Origin: Azolla caroliniana
Taxonomy: Eukaryota > Plantae > Polypodiophyta
Assembly: GCA_043228905.1 (NCBI GenBank)
Contig: JBHGNT010000016.1
Coordinates: 8,122,001 to 8,186,000 of the forward strand
DNA: 64,000 nt
Reading direction: 5' to 3'
Shown here: positions 32,402 to 42,971 of the stretch, in pieces
Position numbering within the stretch: position 1 is the stretch's first letter
Layout of the letters: each line of letters starts with the position of its first letter
Position numbers and translations under genes: made by a program
The notes under the pieces: model-generated
What the model was told of the DNA's origin: nothing
Databases searched by the model: none
Seen by the model: only the letters and a program-made list of their open reading frames with translations

Positions 32402-35400
32402 CTACTTCAAAAGATTGCACTCTTGCAATATAAAGTGAGGAAATTGTGCCTTAAGCGAATGCTCGCGTTCCCATGTGGCATCATCAATAGGTTTATCCAT
32501 CCATTTGATCTTGAATAGCCGAATCTCTTTAGAATGTAAACGTTTAGTACGAGAATCAAGAATTCGTTCAGGAACATGAGGTTTGTAAGAAAAATCCTCC
32601 AATGTTACAAGATCTTGGATTGTGATGGTGTTATCACCAGAGCCTAAAAATGGTTTTAGACGACTGACGTGAAAAACAGGATGAATACCAACGTTACGAG
32701 GTAAGGCAAGGTGATAAGCAGATGACCCAACTCGCTTAAGGATTTCAAATGGGCCACAATATCGTGGGGCTAACTTAGCGCACTTGCCCGTAGATAATGA
32801 CGTAGAATCAGTCGGGACACGCAAAAAAACTTTTTGACCAATAGTAAATGCACGAGGACGTCTATCCTGATCAGCATAAAATCGAGCACGATCTTGAGCT
32901 GTCTTGACATTTTCTTTGGCAATATGCAACATTTGGTTCATGTCTTGCAAAAAATTGCGTGTACTGTCTAATGTATCACGATGAATCGTGACATCAACTG
33001 GGGCACGTGGCTGAAAACCATACATCAACATAAAAGGACTATATCCAGTGGATGTATGTTTAGAGCTATTATAGGCAAATTCTAAGATAGGAAGGTATTC
33101 CTCCCACTTAGAAGGGGTTTTTGCTACATAAGCTCGAAGCATGTCCTCAATAATTTGATTAACTCGTTCAGTTTGTCCATCAGACTGAGGATGATCTGCG
33201 GAACTCATGCTCAACGTAGTTTCTAGTTTCTTAAAGACCTGAGTCCAAAAGTCACTAGTAAACTTGGAATCTCGATCACTAACAATATCCATCGGTAATC
33301 CATAAAACGAAATAACTCATCAACAAATTGATAAGCCAACTGTTGAGCGGTTACCGTGGTTTTTGTAGGAATAAATCTAGCTAATTTTGTTAGCCTGTCA
33401 ACGACAACCCATATGGCATCATGACCCCTCTGTGTACGAGGTAAACTAACAATAAAATCCATCGAGATACTTTCCCATTTATTGTTGGGAATATCTAAGG
33501 GATGTAAAAGACCAGCAGCTTTAAGTCGTTCCGACTTATTAATCTGACATTGTAAGCATTGAGTTACGTATTTATGCACGTCAGAGCGCATCTTAGGCCA
33601 GAAAAAAGTACACGAGATGAGAACGAGTGTGCGTTGTATTCCAGGATGACCAGCAGATGGTGCATCATGACATTCATGAAAAATTTTATGTTTAACATTT
33701 GGTAAATCTGGAACACAGACCTTTCCACTACGGTAGAGCAAACCGTTTGTAATGTGAAAGGTCGCCTTCGAGGGTAGGGTGCTAGTATCGGCATCTAAAC
33801 CAGATTCGGCTTTCGTCCAGTATTTTGAGAAATAACTGTCATCAAGGTATTTCCCTCGAAGGTGATCTAAAAGATCAGATTTTATTTCCGTGAAGCTAAG
33901 CATGTTAACTTCTTTAATGCGACTAAGAGCATCAGCAACGGTGTTCATAGAACCCTTGCGATATCGTATGGAAAAATCAAAATCTTGCATAAGGTCAGCC
34001 CAACGGCCTTTATGACCAACAAGATCGGGTTGGTCACAAAAATACTTTAATGATTGATGGTCTGTTGTAACCACAAATTTATTTCCATAGAGATAGCGCC
34101 TCCATGTTTTAAGTGCGTGTATCACCGCAAACAACTCTTTCTCTTGAACCGAATACCGAGATTGAGCAGCATCAAACTTCTTACTTTCAAAAGCAATAGG
34201 GTGACCACCTTGATAAAGAACGGCACCAATAGCATAATCACTAGCATCGGTTTCAATTGAGAAAGGCTTAGAAGGGTCTGGTAATAGAAGAGTGGGAGCC
34301 TGACACACATGCTCCTTGAGTGTCTCAAATGATTTGTCAAGTTGTTCATTCCATGAAATTGGTTTGACAGACTTACGTGGATGACCTTTTAAAAGGTCAG
34401 TTAATGGCGTAGTCAATTTGGAATAGTTACGAATTGATTTTCGTAAAAATCCAACAAACCCTAAGAATGATCTAAGTTCACGAATATTACGAGAAATGGG
34501 CCAAAGTTTAACCTTTTCAATACGAGAAGGTTCAATTTCAACGCCCTTTTCTGTAATTAAATGACCTAGGTACACAATAGATTTTTGGAAGAAGTCACAT
34601 TTTGAATGTTTTGCATAGAAGGAGTTGTCACGCAACTTTCGCAAAACAAATCGAACATGTTGAACATGATCTTGCAAGGTACGGCTATATATCAAAATAT
34701 CATCCAAGAAGACGACAACAAAATCACCGAGTTGATCTCGGAAAACATCATTCATCGCTTGTTGGAATGTGGCTGGAGCATTAGTCAACCCAAACGGCAT
34801 GACTAAAAACTCATAATGGCCATAGCGCGTACGAAAAGCGGTTTTAGGAATATCATCCTCGGCGATGCGAATCTGATGATAACCAGTTCGTAAGTCAATT
34901 TTCGTAAAATATCGAGCCTCGTGCAAACGATCAATCAAATCATCGGCACGAGGTAATGGATATGCATTCTTAATTGTCATTTTATTCAAACGGCGATAAT
35001 TGATACACATTCGCCACGAACCTTCCTTCTTCTTGACTAATAGAACTGGCGCACCCCAAGGTGATTTACTATACCTAATGTGGCCCATACTCAAGTATTC
35101 CTTAAGTTGTTTCGCGATCTCATCCTCTTCTAATCGACTAAGTCGGTAAGGTGGAATGCTCACAGGAGCAGCCCCAGGGATGAGTTCAATTTGATGGTCC
35201 ACATTACGTTTAGGTGGTAAAGTAAGCGGTAATTCAGTAGGAAACACATCTTGAAAATCCTCTAAAATAGAGTCGAGTAATCGTTGCTCAAAATGTGGTA
35301 ATTGTGTGGCGTCAATATTAAAATAATAAAATTGAACCGCAGGATCAATTACACACGAATAAATTAATGAACTAGAATACTCACTTAAAGATTTAGAAGA

Positions 35401-36804
35401 CACAAGTGAATGAGAAGGAAGTTTGGAACATTGAATAAAATGTTTACAATTATTAAGTTCAAATGTGATTGAGTGATTAACCCAATCAATGGACAAAGAA
35501 GGGTTTTTATTAAAAAACCAAGGATATCCTAAAATGACATCTGCGGATTGTAATTTCATAACATAAAAGTCAAGCTTCTCCAAATAAGTATCTATTTGAA
35601 TTGGCAGCTGACAAACAATGCCACTGATGTATTGAACGTTTCCATTTGCCATGTGAACTTGATAGATATGATCACTTGCGTTTATGTGGAGCTCCATTTG
35701 CTGCACAAAGTGATCATTAAGAAAATTGTGAGAACTACCGGAATCAAACAAGAAATGTGCTTGTGTTCCATTGATATATCCGACTGCTCGGAGTAAATCA
35801 TTAGGTCCAAGTAAATGTGAAGGAAAAGTGCATTCACATAAACTTAAGTGATTGGTATGAACTTCAACAATATCAAAAGACTCACCTGTGTGACTCGTAG
35901 ATTTGTCTTGAGGAGGGGTGTTCATTGACTTCCTCTCAAGACGATGATAGGTATCCTTTGTGTGGCCCCGCTTCTTGCAATATGCACAGAAGAGGTTCGG
36001 TTTCTTTGAGTCGCGGTCAAGAGTGTCACTGGATTGCTTACGTTTCCCAATGAACTTGACATTCGGAGTTTTGGCGAACTCAGGTTTATTGTGGTCTTTC
36101 TGGGAAGTCCTATGGTATCGCAACACAATGTTGACGGCTTCCTCGAAAGTTGTGGGGTCCTTGTCATGGACAATCCAATGATAATCCCCATTGGGAATAC
36201 CATTCAAAAAACAAGCGAGAAACCATTTCTCACCCGTAAGTCCCGATTTTTGGATCTGGGTCCGAGCGTGATGCACATAATCCTCGAGAGAGGTAAATGG
36301 CTTACTAGACAATGTGAGCAAGTGTTGCGCTTGTTCGGTTTGAGAAGGTGGCTGCAAGAATTGTTTCTTAAAAACATCAACGAAACCTTCCCAAGTTGTG
36401 GGTAAGTTTTTTGCAGTCCTTAGGCCACGCCACCAAGCAGCAGCTCGGCCACCTAACTCACGACCGACATAACCAATTTTTACTGCATCGGGCTTGGGAT
36501 GAAGCTCAAAGTGAGACTCCCAACGACCAAGCCAAGTGCTAATGGCCTCCTCGGTTCTTTCTTTCTTATCTCCCTTGAAAGGCGTGACTACGAAGGAAGG
36601 TTCACCTTCTTTCTTGGACTCAATAGTTAATTCTTGGAATTTCTTTTCCAATGCCATATTGGCCTGTCTCATTTCGGCCAATTGATTCAAGGTAGTAGTG
36701 AGCAATTGCTCAATAGTGATCTCAGCTTGTGTGCGAGATGCGGATTGGGGTTGAGAGGTCTCATTTGGAGAGATCGTTCCAACTGCGTTCAAAACTTGTT
36801 CCAT
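32402..36804 (-). CDS. Gypsy Gag-Pol (Gag, CCHC-like, PR, RT, RNase H, IN, chromodomain), one frameshift near 33305
   Basis: LFDSGSSHNF, YPLPRADDL, VFLDDILIY, ETDASDYAIG, HDAPSAGHPG..CLQC, ISMDFI, IVSDRD, PERILDSR..FKIKW..DATWE. ORFs 33223..36804 and 32402..33292. Confidence 0.93.
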
Positions 36805-37794
36805 GATGCACGTTGTGGGTATGCAATAAAATAAGGAGGTTCAGAAAATACTCAAGCAAAATGAATGCTTGAAATTTTGATTGAAAGAACTTTATCCAAG
36901 AAAGTATCTCATGTCTTTACCCCTCTAGACATATGAGATGTGATTCGAGATCCGATAACTATGGTAACACTATGGTGTTTTAAAAACCATGGGGGAAAAC
37001 ATAGCTAAGATGTATTTCTCGGATCTCTATCTTGAGTAATCATGGCGGCTCCCCGAGGCTCAACCATGGTTCTTACATCAATGAAATTTCCTAGATAGCC
37101 TTATATTAATGCCAACCCATCATGTATTATATGGTCGAGAAAGTGTATTACGTGAAAAAACAAGTGCACTCACAAGTAATATTCTAGTCTTGCGAGCAAT
37201 AAGCAAACGTGATGATAAAATGATAAAATAAGGCACTACTCATAAGAGTTAAGTAGTGACGAAAACAAGGGTAAAAAAAAAAGAACCCATGTGTTACCTA
37301 CGAAAAAAACAATGTCACAAATAAATGGGAAGTGCAAGGTATGCACATATACATCCCAATATAATTGTTATAACTTGCACAATTGTGACATAAGCCACAA
37401 ATTGATACAAGTGATGACGGTGTTGTGCGCAAAGATGTAATACTCAAATCCATGAGTAAAACATCAATAAGGGAACTCATATGGTTTTACTCGTTTTCTA
37501 AGGCTCGATGATAAGAGTTAAACTTAGATGACCCGTTGAAAAAAAATCGTTCAACAAGCCACTCCATACGAAAAAAATAGTCTACACGTAAAGGTTACAT
37601 TAAAATAAACGATGTAAATACTTTATACATGAAAAGGAAGTGGAAAAAGGATAGTTAATTGTGGGCGGGTAAATAATAATTACTAGAAAATCATATAAGT
37701 GAAACAATACTTATGAAATTAAAATTTAATTAGAATAATCAACAATTAGGTGTATGGAATCAAACATGCCCTAAGATACGAAACCCTAGGGTAG

Positions 37795-38230
37795 TTGACA
37801 TGCACCTCCTCAAGACCACCACATATCCCTAGAATCGGCCAAGTAATGGCTAATTAAAGAGGAAAGTGGCATAGGTAAGTGACATATACCTCGTCAAGGC
37901 CACATCATCCCTTAGAATCGGCCAATTGATGGCTTAATAGAGAGTAGAGTCGCATAGGTAGGCAACATACACCTCGTCAAGGCCACATCATCCCTTAGAA
38001 TCGGCCAAGTGATGGCTCAATAGAGGGGAAGAGTGGTATACTCAACATCATATGCAAAACGGCCATGAGATAAGCGTGTGCGATTAGAGCAAACACGCTC
38101 GACCCAATGCACAAGAATAATTATTATCGTAAGAGTTCAGGAGAGGAGAGAGTGGGATATATATCGCAATATGCAAAAGGCCATGAGTTGAGCGTGTGCG
38201 ATTAGTGCAAACACGCTCGGCCCGATGCAT
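37795..38230. repeat. Tandem repeats in the chromovirus 5' UTR (about 85 bp x3 and about 120 bp x2)
   Basis: Recurrent cctcgtcaaggccacatcatcccttagaatcggccaa and agcgtgtgcgattag.gcaaacacgctcg. Confidence 0.75.
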
Positions 38231-39014
38231 AATAATAAGTAAAATCGTAGCGTAGTAGGAGGTAGAAAGAAAGACAATAAAACGTAATACCAATTTGATT
38301 CGACCATAAAGAACGCATAATAGAAAAAGAGAAGAGATCAAAAAAGAAGAATACCGGGTTTAGAGTGTTGTTTTGATCCTGAGAAGAGCATGAAGAGCCT
38401 TGTTAGATCCCCCTCGCTCACACGCAAAAAGCATCCAAACAACAAAAAAATTGTTAGTAAAAGCTCTGATACCACTGTTAAGAGTCTATTACTAATCAAT
38501 AGACCAAATCAAGTAAAAAGGAAGAAAATAGATTGGATAGAAGAACCCGTTCCACCCGACCACCCCCGAGCTATGATCTAGACATAGCCAACCTACCACC
38601 GACGTCCCATACCGCCGGATATTAGGATGACTAATACCTTGGAAGAGATAAACACGATCGTCGAGACGAAAGCCTAGCCCGCACCACCGGTGTCTACGAC
38701 AGCAGCCTTCCGACGTGATGATCCTTATGAGGGTAGCTAAGCCTCATATTTATACCTTTTCCTAGGCCCCTTGAATAGATGTGCCTTTCTAAAAGGCTCT
38801 CTATTCATTGGTTGTCTAAATCATGATAGTGCATGCACATATCATTCATTCTATCCAATCATTAGTCCCCTTTTTAATAATAGTGAACATACCCTTCACT
38901 AATGTAAATATTAGTGACCTACCCTTACCAACGTTATGTGTACATAACACTAGCACAAGCGGATCGACCACGTCAATTATCGGAGGCTTCAAGTCCTGCA
39001 ATCGAAAGAAGTCG

Positions 39015-39036
39015 TTTAGCGTTTAGGGTTTAGGGT
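39015..39036 (+). repeat. Short interstitial telomeric tract (TTTAGCG TTTAGGG TTTAGGG)
   Basis: Replaces about 45 bp of Copia coding sequence relative to the homologous region near 7045-7092. Confidence 0.8.
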
Positions 39037-39232
39037 CTGCCAACTCGGGAAGCATCACCGACTTTCATTCCCCACCGGACGAAACCATAGATATAACAAG
39101 CTCGACCTTATTCATTTGGATGTATGGGGACCAGTGTCGTAGTGTATTTTGTACACTACGTGAAAAACGTATATAGTATTAGATTCAATAAAAAATGAAG
39201 AAATAGAAGAAAATAGCAAAATAAATGGAACA

Positions 39233-39301
39233 TGCATAGGGCAAGATTCGAACCTTGCACCTCCATGTTAATAATGTAATGTCTTACCATTACACTAGCA
39301 T
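39233..39301 (-). ncRNA. tRNA-derived segment with Pol III A and B boxes inside LTR (also 41271-41339 and 25601-25669 on +)
   Basis: Reverse complement is ATGCTAGTGTAATGGTAAGACATTACATTATTAACATGGAGGTGCAAGGTTCGAATCTTGCCCTATGCA: A box TAGTGTAATGG, B box GGTTCGAATC, paired D and T stems, unpaired acceptor stem. Confidence 0.55.
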
Positions 39302-39880
39302 TTCATTAGTGTTAAAGCATAGATGTCCCACATAGAAAGGTAAATTCACGCTAGGATAAACATTAGAAAAACGCATAACAAAAGAAAAAGCTACACATAC
39401 ACATCTAGCGTGCATGATAAAAAACGCACAAGTTAGAAAAAAGCATGATCACTTTAGATAAAGCATATAGTCTATCTATAGGAAAAGCATGGGGTCTATA
39501 GTTAGAGAAAAAGCATAGATTACTAAGACTTCCTCATCACTACATAAGGATGGGGAGCACAATGTAATTGTGTGTGAAAAATATTTGGAAACTAGATATG
39601 TTTCTAAAAAACACCAATTAATAAACTATACTCGTGGGATTCACGAGAATTGTATATCATTCTCTTTCAACCGAAGTTTATATTCTTATATTCATATTGA
39701 TTAATCTAATACAATACACTCGTGGGATTCACGAGTTTGCTATAACTCTTTCTTACAACATATTTATATTCTTATTAGCCTTAAAACTCTCCTCTTCCTA
39801 GTCCAAAACCTCGGCGGTTCCCACCCGACTCACGCAAACGATCCGGAGCCGAAAGGCACGACACAGTTGGTGAACCCGAC

Positions 39881-41116
39881 GTGAAGACGGGTGGCAAGGA
39901 GATGGAGAATCAACAAGAGGCGATGAACATGATGATGATAATGTTTGAGCGGATGCAACAAGAACAACGTGCGATGTCGGAGATGAAGGCGGCAGTAGAG
40001 CGGCTTCTGCGACGAAACGGGGAATTCAACGGTAAGGGTGTGTCACGCTACCTACGTGAATATAAGGCGGAGATGATGCAATATCGGATACCGGAAGGAT
40101 TGCAAGTGATATCCTTTAGTCGGGTGGCCTCGGACGAACTACAAGAGAGAATCCACAAGATACAACAACAAAACTCGACATGGGAGTCCTTTGAAGAAGC
40201 TTTACGGGAGGCATATGACTATGAGAGATGGACGGGACGAGATCGACGAGAATTCGACGAATGGGTGGCGTCGGAGAAGACTCACCGAAGTGCAACGCAA
40301 GCGTTCCTAGAGTTCGAGCATCGTTTTGCTCGACTCTCGGAGCGGGAACGAAGATTGGTGGGAGAAGATAAAGTCTTAATGTTCGTAAGATCGATCGATC
40401 GGAAAGAAAGGATGGACATTGGGATCGAACTCGAAGATGATGACGGTGCGAACGGCCTTACCGAGGATTGGGCCAAAGTCGAAAGGGTATGCCGAAGACA
40501 TGATGAAAGGAAGCTGAGAATCTCGTCAACAACGACATGGCCCATGAAGGATGGTCGATTGAGGAAAAACGATGAAGCCAATATGAAGGCCGAAATACAA
40601 CATGATGGTACCACGGGAGAAAGAGTGGAACAAGACACCCACTCGTCTTGTGAAAGAACGATGGCGAACAACGGAAAGGAGTGCCGAAAGTCGAACCGGA
40701 CAAGGCAGGTGAAAACGAAGAAAAGAAAGCAAATCCGGACGAAAAGAAAAGAAAAGAAACCGACCCGAAAGAGCACTGAATCGGTAAAAACCGATCAACC
40801 GAGTCCGGATCGACCGAATACAAATCGGAAAGGAAGCCGAACTAAACGAAAGACGATCCGACGAGACCGAATCGGAAGTAAGCTAATCCGACTAAACCGA
40901 AAATCCGAAAAGAAGCCGAGATTGATGAAGAAAAGAAAGAGGGCAAGAAAAGATACTACCGCGGATGACAAGGACCAAGCGGGCCATGCAAAAAGCGAAC
41001 ATAGAATATGGTGGATCGGATGGCGACAATGGTTCGGGTGGAAAGAATGGGTCTACTCAAAATGGAGAGACAAAGTTGACATAGCGGGACAAACGGAGGA
41101 TGAAGGAGGAGACTAA
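39881..41116 (+). CDS. Gag-like protein with basic C-terminal tail (411 aa)
   Basis: FNGKGVSRYLREY...TWESFEEALREAY...KVLMFVRSID Gag-like pattern; sole ORF between the LTRs. Confidence 0.75.
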   Translation: MKTGGKEMENQQEAMNMMMIMFERMQQEQRAMSEMKAAVERLLRRNGEFNGKGVSRYLREYKAEMMQYRIPEGLQVISFSRVASDELQERIHKIQQQNSTWESFEEALREAYDYERWTGRDRREFDEWVASEKTHRSATQAFLEFEHRFARLSERERRLVGEDKVLMFVRSIDRKERMDIGIELEDDDGANGLTEDWAKVERVCRRHDERKLRISSTTTWPMKDGRLRKNDEANMKAEIQHDGTTGERVEQDTHSSCERTMANNGKECRKSNRTRQVKTKKRKQIRTKRKEKKPTRKSTESVKTDQPSPDRPNTNRKGSRTKRKTIRRDRIGSKLIRLNRKSEKKPRLMKKRKRARKDTTADDKDQAGHAKSEHRIWWIGWRQWFGWKEWVYSKWRDKVDIAGQTEDEGGD

Positions 41117-42685
41117 CAAACACCAACAACTTCGGCACATACCGGAGGATGTGCGGGTTTGGAGGGGGTGAGTGTCGTAGTGTATTTTGTACACTACGTG
41201 AAAAACGTATATAGTATTAGATTCAATAAAAAATGAAGAAATAGAAGAAAATAGCAAAATAAATGGAACATGCATAGGGCAAGATTCAAACCTTGTACCT
41301 CCATGTTAATAATGTAATGTCTTACCATTACACTAGCATTTCATTAGTGTTAAAGCATAGATGTCCCACATAGAAAGGTAAATTCACGCTAGGATAAACA
41401 TTAGAAAAACGCATAACAAAAGAAAAAGCTACACATACACATCTAGCGTGCATGATAAAAAACGCACAAGTTAGAAAAAAGCATGATCACTTTAGATAAA
41501 GCATATAGTCTATCTATAGGAAAAGCATGGGGTCTATAGTTAGAGAAAAAGCATAGATTACTAAGACTTCCTCATCACTACATAAGGATGGGGAGCACAA
41601 TGTAATTGTGTGTGAAAAATATTTGGAAACTAGATATGTTTCTAAAAAACACCAATTAATAAACTATACTCGTGGGATTCACGAGAATTGTATATCATTC
41701 TCTTTCAACCGAAGTTTATATTCTTATATTCATATTGATTAATCTAATACAATACACTCGTGGGATTCACGAGTTTGCTATAACTCTTTCTTACAACATA
41801 TTTATATTCTTATTAGCCTTAAAACTCTCCTCTTCCTAGTCCAAAACCTCGGCGGTTCCCACCCGACTCACGCAAACGATCCGGAGCCGAAAGGCACGAC
41901 ACCGGCACAAAACGTTAGTCTTGGCGGGAGTCGGTATTTCGTCTCCTTCATCGACAACTATAGCCAGCACACGTGCATCTACCTCATTGAGCGGAAGAGC
42001 GAAGTCTTCGAGTGTTTTCGGAACCTGCAAAGCCTGGTTGAATGGGAAACAGAGAGGAAGATCAAGTGCATGTGGTCGGATGGCGGGAAAGAATACTTTT
42101 CCGGCTAATTCAACAGTTATCTGCAGCAAAATGGAATTAAGAGAGAATTCAGCTGCAGGTACACACCAGAGCAAAACGGTGTGGCCGAAAGGAAGAACTG
42201 GTCGGTTGTTGACGTGGCAAGGGCAGTGGTGGAGGAGAAGAGCATGCCCCATTTCTACTAGGCCGAGGCGGACCGGACGACCGTCTATATCCAAAACCGG
42301 ATCGGTGACAAGGTGGCCGCGCATGAGCTGTATTTCGGGTGCAAGCCAAATTTGAGACACCTTCGGATATTCGGTAGCATTGCATATGTGCATGTGCCGG
42401 ATGAGAAGCGGGGGAAGTTGGATGCGAAGTCAGAAAAATGCATCCTGGTCAGTTACTCGCATGAGCAAAAGGGGTATAATTGTTATAACCTCCGGACGAA
42501 GCAGGTCTGAGTTAGCCGGGATGTTGAGTTTGATGGGACGACATCATGGTATGCCTTATCGGCTCCGACTTCCGACCCCGACCCGATACCGGAGGATGAG
42601 GTTAGTGAGCCTGAACTTGTCTAGTTAGAAGACGAAGGGTTCGAGACTCTAGATGTGAGTCCGGAATCGTTTCGGTTAAGTGGAC

Positions 42686-42923
42686 TGTTGTAGGTTTTAG
42701 AGTTAGGGTTAGGGTTAAGGATGATGATGGTTAACGATGACGAAGATAGACATGGTGAAATAGCAAAGATGATGAAGAGTATGATGGTGAGAGAGATTGA
42801 CATGAAGATGTTGAGAATTATTGAGAAGCATTGCGGGGTAAGGATGACATTGATGAGCATTGCGGGGTGGGGGGTGGTGCCTAGAATGGCTCCACCCCCC
42901 TCCCAAGGGGTTCAACGTTGAGG

Positions 42924-42971
<48 letters not shown>

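Larger units (their letters stand above)
31921..38949 (-). mobile_element. Full-length Ty3/Gypsy chromovirus with apparently identical 474-bp LTRs
   Basis: LTRs 31921-32394 and 38476-38949. TSD CTAGC at 31916-31920 and 38950-38954. iMet PBS (gctctgatacca 38463-38474); PPT adjacent to 32395. Confidence 0.97.
39135..41901 (+). mobile_element. Non-autonomous Gag-only LTR element (TR-GAG-like), 729-bp LTRs
   Basis: LTRs 39135-39863 and 41173-41901 (TGTCGT..ACGACA). PBS TGGTGAACCCGACGTGA (tRNA-Trp-like); PPT GGAGGGGGTGAG. 4-bp TSD CCAG/CCGG. Confidence 0.93.
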
